From positions 8,743 to 72,742 of IMG/VR virus record IMGVR_UViG_3300042557_001775: 64,000 nt of DNA; one strand, given 5' to 3'. The first letter of the stretch is position 1; each line of letters begins with the position of its first letter. Of the stretch, positions 58,120-64,000 are shown piece after piece. Below the pieces are notes generated by a model. It saw nothing but the letters and a program-made list of their open reading frames with translations, had not been told where the DNA came from and ran no database searches. The position numbers were made by a program, and so were the translations under genes. Source of the DNA: a virus.

Positions 58120-59902
58120 GTCTTACTACGACTCCGAGGTCAGTGTAACGACCCTCGGTGCGTACAACTACGCCCGGCATACGGACATTTACATGGTGTC
58201 CATGTACTCCGACTCAGGCTGGGCTTACGTCGGTCTGCCGAAAGATGCGCCCTGGGCTGCCTGTGACAAGCAAGAGTGGGTTATGCACAACGCGGCGTTT
58301 GACCTTACTCTGTTGGCGGCACTGGTCGAAAAAAGCGTTGTCGCCGACGTCCGCCCCTCAGAAGTCTACGATACCGCCGACATGGCGGCATACCTCGGCT
58401 ACCCGCGCTCGCTGAAGGAAGCCTCCAAATACTTGTTGGGTGTCGAGATGTCCAAGTCCACCCGGGACAACATGAAGGGCCGCCACTACCATCTGCCGCC
58501 AGGAGTCATCGTCCCAAAGCGGAAGCGCATGGACAACGATTTCAAAAAAGAGATCGCCCGGTACGCCTTGAAAGACGCCAAGGCCACTCTCCTGCTCTGG
58601 AGATGCCACGGACACAAATGGCCGGCGCACGAACGCGAGATCTCCAAGATGACCCGCGAGATGACCATGAAGGGCGTTCCGCTGAGTCTGCCTCGGCTGG
58701 AAGCCGCCCGCGTTACCCTCGAAGAGGAAGCCGCCAGAGCCGCTACGCTGATCCCGTGGGCAGGCAAGAGCGACGTCGCGCTCCTATCACTCCAAGCGAT
58801 CCGCGATCAATGCGACCTCGAAGGCATCCGCAAACCGACCACGTTCGCCGAAAAGACTACCGAAGGGGCGGAGTGGGAAGCCGAGTTCGCCGACCAATTC
58901 CCCTGGGTACGCGCCGTCAGAGATTTCCGCAAAGCCAATAAACACATGAAAACCGTGGAGGCGATGCGGAAACGCCTTAAACCAGACTCGGTCTGGATGC
59001 CTTACGACATGAAATACTTCGGCGCCCTCACCGGCCGCGACAGCGGCTCCGGAGGATGGAACGCCCAGAACCTCCCCAAAGGTCACGTCGCCGGAGTCGA
59101 TATCCGCAACCTCATCGAGGCGCCTTCCGGAAAGACTTTAATCATCGCCGACTTGGCCCAAATCGAAGCGCGGTGCATCTGCTACCTCGCCGGGGACAAG
59201 AAGAGTTTGGAACTCATGGCCGGTGGCGCTGACGTTTACGAAGCCCACGCCCGAGCCACGATGGGCTACACCGACCCTCGCTCGCTCAAAGAAGTGGACA
59301 ACAAAATGCGGCAGCTCGCCAAAGCGCGTGTCCTCGGCCTCGGCTACGGATGCGGCGCGGAAAAGTTCCGCTACGTCGCCAAGATCATGGCAGGACTCGA
59401 TATATCTTTAGACGAAGCGCAAGAAATTGTGCAGTCCTACCGCAGCACCAACCCGCTCATCATCGGACTGTGGAGGAAGCTGGACCGCGCCATGCGAGCA
59501 GCCGTCAACGAGAAGAACCAAACTTTCGAGCTGACGCTGCCTTCCGGACGGACGCTCGCCTACCGCGAAGTCACGTCTTCGGGCGAAGGGCGCGGCGACT
59601 ACCGCTGCAAGATACCCCGGGGCGGAACGATGGCGCCGACCAAACTGTATGGTGGGCTTCTCGCAGAAAACGCAACCCAGGCGTTTGCGCGGGACGTTTT
59701 CATGGATCGCTGCGCTGCCCTGCGCGACGCGGGAGCCGACATCATCATGCGGGTTCACGACGAAGTTGTCATAATGTGCGAAGAAAGATTGAGCGAATCC
59801 TTCAAAGCCGATGTCGAAGCAATACTCTCCACCCCGCCGGACTGGTGTTCGACCCTTCCGCTTGGAGCCGAAGCCACAATCTCAAAGTTCTACATGAAAT
59901 GA
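58100..59902 (+). CDS. polA: family A DNA polymerase with 3'-5' exonuclease
   Basis: ExoI IDFESY, ExoII HNAAFD, ExoIII YALKD; TGR, QNLP; motif A ADLAQIEAR; motif B RQLAKARVLGLGYG; motif C VHDE. Confidence 0.92.
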   Translation: MVAIDFESYYDSEVSVTTLGAYNYARHTDIYMVSMYSDSGWAYVGLPKDAPWAACDKQEWVMHNAAFDLTLLAALVEKSVVADVRPSEVYDTADMAAYLGYPRSLKEASKYLLGVEMSKSTRDNMKGRHYHLPPGVIVPKRKRMDNDFKKEIARYALKDAKATLLLWRCHGHKWPAHEREISKMTREMTMKGVPLSLPRLEAARVTLEEEAARAATLIPWAGKSDVALLSLQAIRDQCDLEGIRKPTTFAEKTTEGAEWEAEFADQFPWVRAVRDFRKANKHMKTVEAMRKRLKPDSVWMPYDMKYFGALTGRDSGSGGWNAQNLPKGHVAGVDIRNLIEAPSGKTLIIADLAQIEARCICYLAGDKKSLELMAGGADVYEAHARATMGYTDPRSLKEVDNKMRQLAKARVLGLGYGCGAEKFRYVAKIMAGLDISLDEAQEIVQSYRSTNPLIIGLWRKLDRAMRAAVNEKNQTFELTLPSGRTLAYREVTSSGEGRGDYRCKIPRGGTMAPTKLYGGLLAENATQAFARDVFMDRCAALRDAGADIIMRVHDEVVIMCEERLSESFKADVEAILSTPPDWCSTLPLGAEATISKFYMK

Positions 59903-60114
59903 CCAATAAGTTCCTAGAAACCTTTCAACAAGTCACCGGATGGAAAACTCCAGAGCGGTTCGGCCGCGAACACGATGGCTTCGTCACCATCGAGGAAAAC
60001 GCCCGCTCTCACAACCATGACGCGTTCTTTTGGGACGCCGACATGGGCCATGAGCGTTTGCAAACAATGTGGATGGACGGCCTTTACTTTGTGCGTAGGT
60101 TGTTAACCAGATAA
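59899..60114 (+). CDS. hypothetical protein
   Basis: ATGA overlap with polA. Confidence 0.5.
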   Translation: MTNKFLETFQQVTGWKTPERFGREHDGFVTIEENARSHNHDAFFWDADMGHERLQTMWMDGLYFVRRLLTR

Positions 60115-60118
60115 CCTT

Positions 60119-61456
60119 ATGCGATACCTCTCGGTTTGCAGCGGCATCGAAGCCGCAAGCGTGGCGTGGGAACCCCTTGGCTGGTCCCCCGCAGCGTTCT
60201 CTGAAATTGAGCCATTTCCGGCCGCCGTCCTCGCCCACCATTGGCCGGAAGTCCCTAACTTGGGCGACATGAACAACTATGAAAAATGGAACAACTTGGA
60301 CGCAATCGACCTTTTGGCCGGAGGAACGCCATGCCAGTCCTTTAGTGTCGCCGGGCTGCGAAAAGGACTCAAAGACCCCCGTGGAGGACTCATGCTTACC
60401 TACCTTGAAATCGCTCGGCGTTTCCGGCCTCGATGGGTTGTCTGGGAGAACGTCCCCGGCGTCCTGTCTAGCGACGGAGGACGGGATTTTGGTTCCTTCC
60501 TCGGGGCGTTGGGGGAGCTGGGGTATGGCTGGGCCTACCGCGTCTTGGACGCTCAATGGGTCCGAACACACCGGCACCCCCGCGCCGTCCCGCAGCGCAG
60601 GCGACGTGTCTTCGTTGTCGGATGTTTTGGAGACCGGACCCGTGCCGCCAAGGTTCTTTTTGAGTCCCAAAGCGTGTGCAGGGATTCTGCGGAGAGCCGA
60701 AAAAAGAAAGAAGACGTTGCCGGAACATTTAAGGCTCGCGCTCGAAGCGGGGGCTGGTGTCAAGACGTCGATCTCGCCAGCTCTGGATACATGCAAGTCG
60801 CCGGAGCCCTCGATACCGAGTGTGGCGGAAACAAACTGACCCACCAGACCTTGCTCAACGGACATGCGCTGGCCGTGGGTGCGCTCTCGGCCGATGACGG
60901 CGAACAGGGGTATACAACCGTCCAAGCAGCAGCGTCGGGGATGCTGGTTCCGGCCCGAATGGTCGCCTTCGGCGAATACGTCGAAGACGGAACCGCCTCG
61001 GCCATGAAAGCCCGAGACTACAAAGACGCGACCGACTTGGTTGCTGTGGATGCGTATAACCAGACTGTAAGCAGCACGTCGCAAGCCATCTCGTCTTCCG
61101 CGAGCGACATCCACCACACCGGAGGAGCTATTGTTCCGGCGGTCGCGGTACAGGACGTGAGCGACCGCGACAAGAAACAGAACGGACGTGGATGGAGCGA
61201 GGACGGAACTAGCTACACGCTCGACGCGGCGGCGACGCAAGGTGTCGCTCGGGGCCTAGCAGTCAGACGGCTTACTCCGACTGAATGTGAAAGGCTCCAA
61301 GGATTTCCCGATAACCACACCTTGATCCCGTGGAAGAAGAAACCGGCGGATCAATGCCCCGACGGCCCACGCTACAAAGCCTTGGGCAACTCGATGGCCG
61401 TGAACTGCATGGAATGGATCGGCCAACGCATCGACTTCTACGACAAGCAATCATAA
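60119..61456 (+). CDS. DNA (cytosine-5) methyltransferase
   Basis: SVCSGIEA, GGTPCQSFS, WENV, PQRRRR, RRLTPTECERLQGFPD, ALGNS. Confidence 0.92.
   Translation: MRYLSVCSGIEAASVAWEPLGWSPAAFSEIEPFPAAVLAHHWPEVPNLGDMNNYEKWNNLDAIDLLAGGTPCQSFSVAGLRKGLKDPRGGLMLTYLEIARRFRPRWVVWENVPGVLSSDGGRDFGSFLGALGELGYGWAYRVLDAQWVRTHRHPRAVPQRRRRVFVVGCFGDRTRAAKVLFESQSVCRDSAESRKKKEDVAGTFKARARSGGWCQDVDLASSGYMQVAGALDTECGGNKLTHQTLLNGHALAVGALSADDGEQGYTTVQAAASGMLVPARMVAFGEYVEDGTASAMKARDYKDATDLVAVDAYNQTVSSTSQAISSSASDIHHTGGAIVPAVAVQDVSDRDKKQNGRGWSEDGTSYTLDAAATQGVARGLAVRRLTPTECERLQGFPDNHTLIPWKKKPADQCPDGPRYKALGNSMAVNCMEWIGQRIDFYDKQS
60279..60839 (+). CDS. overprinted +1-frame ORF inside the C5-MTase (M.EcoHK31I beta-like)
   Basis: 186-aa ORF containing SLSDVLE...RFFLSPKACAGILRRAEKR...LP..L..AL. 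Confidence 0.55.
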   Translation: MKNGTTWTQSTFWPEERHASPLVSPGCEKDSKTPVEDSCLPTLKSLGVSGLDGLSGRTSPASCLATEDGILVPSSGRWGSWGMAGPTASWTLNGSEHTGTPAPSRSAGDVSSLSDVLETGPVPPRFFLSPKACAGILRRAEKRKKTLPEHLRLALEAGAGVKTSISPALDTCKSPEPSIPSVAETN

Positions 61457-61481
61457 CCCAACAACCCACAAGGAGAATGAA

Positions 61482-61676
61482 ATGTACAACAGCGAGAAAC
61501 GAGTCCGTGAAAAAGACGGCTACAACAGCCTCGGGGAAGCCCTCGCGGCGCGCTCTTCACTAGCCAGAAAACGAGGCAAGCGGTTCAAGACCCTGCGCCC
61601 CTACCAAGTCAACGGCCGATGGTTCCTGACCAAAATGGGCAAGGGCCAAGCAAAGCAATACTTCTCTGAATTTTGA
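61482..61676 (+). CDS. small basic protein
   Basis: AGGAG RBS. Confidence 0.55.
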   Translation: MYNSEKRVREKDGYNSLGEALAARSSLARKRGKRFKTLRPYQVNGRWFLTKMGKGQAKQYFSEF

Positions 61677-61680
61677 TAAA

Positions 61681-64000
61681 ATGAACCTCGACATCACCCC
61701 TGAAGAATTCGGCATCAACCCCTGCCCCGAGTCCGGAGAAGGATGCCACGGCTGGATCTACGGCGCAGCCCACCGGCTCGTTGCCGCTGGATTTGAAGAC
61801 GATGAGATCGAGGCGTGGATCGAAGCTTACCTCAAACGCCCGTCCCAGCCCCGCGAAATCGCCAACACCCTGTCCAAGGTTCGGGCCGAAGCCGACGGCA
61901 AGATCCCGCCGCGAAAGAGCGTCGGAGCCAAACGCCCGAAAGACGAGGCGGCCATCGCCAAGCTCTTGGAGGGCGGCCCGATCTCGGTCGAGGACTTCAT
62001 CGCGTCGAGTCCCAGTCCGGTATCAATTGATACCTCCGCCGTCCTCAAGGCGTTATTCCCGGGAGAGAAGACCATTCTCTTCACCGATCAGATGTCTCAG
62101 GGCCAGCGAGTCTGGGACGAAGCTGTCCTTCCAGAGGACGTAGATCGTCTGGGACGGACAAATACGCAGGGCGCCTGGTTCCTTCTCAACCCAGTCAGCG
62201 GAGACTACGCCGAACGCGAGGGAGCCAAACCCTCCCGCCGGTCCGAAGCGACCATCTCCGCTTACAAACACGTCCTCGTCGAGTCCGACAACGTCAACCT
62301 CGGAGAGTGGCTCGCCATCCTGCGCCAGCTCGACCTCCCCATCGTCTGCGTAACTCTCAGCGGCAATGCCTCGGCCCACGCTATCGTCCGGGTCTCCGCA
62401 GATAACCGAGATGAGTGGGTCGCCGCCGCCAAGAAAATTGCTGATCTCGTCGTTCCGCTCGGAGCCGACCCTAATGCCATCACCGCAGTCCGGCTCACGC
62501 GCCTCCCAGGCGTGGTGCGAAAAGACAACGGAAATACCCAACGGCTGATTTGGTTCAATCCAGAGGCCGTGCCGACTGAAAAATGCACAGTTAACAAGTC
62601 CGAGGGGGACGAAACCGGCCCGAAAGGGGACACCGAAGCCCCAAAAGAGGACAAGATCGACGAAAAAACGGAAAAATCGCCCGAAAATCCCGTCAAAATC
62701 GTCGAAAAAGACGACTTCTCAGACATCTACTACGACGGCAAAGCCTATTTCATGCGCTCCGCCGACGGGGTCTGGCGGTATGAGATGGCAGGAATGCTCC
62801 ACTCCGCACTAAAGGTGCGCGGCTACGCCGACAGCGCGCCCAAGGGGCGAGCGACCCCAATGGACGTAGCCAAAGGTGTCATCCGCGAACACCGCCGAGT
62901 CGATGGCGCAGGCCCTCGCCTCTACAGCCCCCACGAAACATGGGCGGAAGGCGGCAAAAGGTTCCTTAACACGGCCTGCGTGAAGCTGATGCCGGCCGCA
63001 GAATCCGCCGGAGCATGGGGCGAACGCTTCCCGCGCTACGCAGCCATCCTCGACAACACGTTCGCCGACCCAACCTACAAGGAAGTCTTTCTAGCTTGGT
63101 TCAAACGCTTCTACGAATCCGCCGGAACCGGAGACCTTGCCCTAGGCCAAGCCCTCGCCCTGGTCGGCCCCGTCCAGTGCTTCAAATCCTTCATCATCGA
63201 GCAAATCCTCCGCCCCGCCATGGGCGGCTACGCCGACCTGTCCTCGATCGTCAGCGGCGAAAGCAACGGCTTTAATAGCGAACTCTACCACTCCCCCTTG
63301 GCCGTCATCGACGACTCCAAGGCCAGCGAGTCCGAGGCCCAACTCAACCGCTACTCCTCGGCAATCAAAAAGCTCGCGGCCCATGGTCGTCACAAATACC
63401 ACGAAAAGTTTGTTACTCCGATCCTCGTCGAGTGGAAGGGTCGAGTGATCATCGCGGCCAACGACGACGCGGTTAGTATCCAATCCGTCCCCGCCCTCGA
63501 TATTAGCAACGAAGACAAACTCATCGTTCTCGCCATGCGTACGTGGGAAGACAACCCCGGCCCCGCCGCCTTGACCGACGTGGTCGAGGAACTCCCCCAC
63601 CTCCTCGCGTGGATCAAGGAGTGGGAGGTGCCAGTGCGCTACGTCGATGCCGGTTCACGCTACGGGATCCGGAGCGTCATCGCCGCCGAGATCCGCGACA
63701 AGATCGAAGCCTCGGCTCGTTATGCAGAGCTTCAGGATACGATTAACGCGTGGTGGCGGCGCCGTCCGGTCGAAGACCGCGAGACGGCTTGGGAAGGCAC
63801 CGCCGTCGAACTCCACCAGGACTTCAACACGATCTTCGACAACAGCGCCCTCACCCGCGAGTGGACTGTCCGGAATCTGGGACACCGCCTGCGCCAGCTC
63901 TCCAACATCCCCGGCTCAGGCGTCAGCATCGTGCAACGGCGCTACGGCCCCTTGAAAGTTATCAAGTGGAGGATCGAGCCTCCGGCCAAAGAGATCCTCG
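61681..64000 (+). CDS. primase-helicase (AEP/RepB-like primase plus DUF5906-like P-loop), 3' truncated, not in ORF track
   Basis: Frame from ATG 61681 (MNLDITPEEFG) is in phase with the window end; VLVESD, SGNASAHA, RLTRLPG; LALVGPVQCFKS, FNSEL, VIDD, IIAAN. Confidence 0.8.
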   Translation, partial: MNLDITPEEFGINPCPESGEGCHGWIYGAAHRLVAAGFEDDEIEAWIEAYLKRPSQPREIANTLSKVRAEADGKIPPRKSVGAKRPKDEAAIAKLLEGGPISVEDFIASSPSPVSIDTSAVLKALFPGEKTILFTDQMSQGQRVWDEAVLPEDVDRLGRTNTQGAWFLLNPVSGDYAEREGAKPSRRSEATISAYKHVLVESDNVNLGEWLAILRQLDLPIVCVTLSGNASAHAIVRVSADNRDEWVAAAKKIADLVVPLGADPNAITAVRLTRLPGVVRKDNGNTQRLIWFNPEAVPTEKCTVNKSEGDETGPKGDTEAPKEDKIDEKTEKSPENPVKIVEKDDFSDIYYDGKAYFMRSADGVWRYEMAGMLHSALKVRGYADSAPKGRATPMDVAKGVIREHRRVDGAGPRLYSPHETWAEGGKRFLNTACVKLMPAAESAGAWGERFPRYAAILDNTFADPTYKEVFLAWFKRFYESAGTGDLALGQALALVGPVQCFKSFIIEQILRPAMGGYADLSSIVSGESNGFNSELYHSPLAVIDDSKASESEAQLNRYSSAIKKLAAHGRHKYHEKFVTPILVEWKGRVIIAANDDAVSIQSVPALDISNEDKLIVLAMRTWEDNPGPAALTDVVEELPHLLAWIKEWEVPVRYVDAGSRYGIRSVIAAEIRDKIEASARYAELQDTINAWWRRRPVEDRETAWEGTAVELHQDFNTIFDNSALTREWTVRNLGHRLRQLSNIPGSGVSIVQRRYGPLKVIKWRIEPPAKEIL

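Noticed and set aside
1-64000. Alternative genetic code or stop-codon reassignment
   Set aside because: Genes tile densely under the standard code, and TAA, TAG and TGA all end genes

Overview
This window is most of a temperate, podovirus-like dsDNA tailed phage genome of more than 64 kb; the genes at both edges are cut off. A Verrucomicrobiota/PVC host is my inference from the NxLRH/GNS-type integrase, GAAAGG-type ribosome-binding sites and protein styles. Layout: (i) 1-6.4 kb, + strand: small early/accessory genes (AAA ATPase, DUF6878/DUF6915-like pair, HExxH protein, probable terminase small subunit). (ii) 6.4-49.3 kb, - strand: a morphogenesis operon with terminase large subunit, phosphoesterase, portal, HNH, an LRR protein, lysis cassette, scaffold, fibre/decoration genes, major capsid protein, nozzle, fibres, a tandem-repeat adaptor and internal virion proteins, one of 3878 aa. 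(iii) 49.4 kb: an attP resembling a tRNA 3' end, next to the integrase. (iv) 50.9-64 kb, + strand: control and replication genes (RHH/HTH regulators, resolvase, SAM methyltransferase, helicase-nuclease fusion, SSB, DUF4406-DUF6378, PolA, C5-MTase with an overprinted second ORF, primase-helicase). Best leads: a genome-wide AACC-N4-(A/C/T)ACC element at gene junctions, with a GGTT-N3-AACC-N4-AACC form in the replication module; a roughly 9-unit concatenated head-tail adaptor; a structured leader of about 170 nt before the capsid gene; a shared MAWYD N-terminus on two metallopeptidase-motif virion proteins; and a phage LRR protein. All product calls come from motif recognition by eye, with no database searches.
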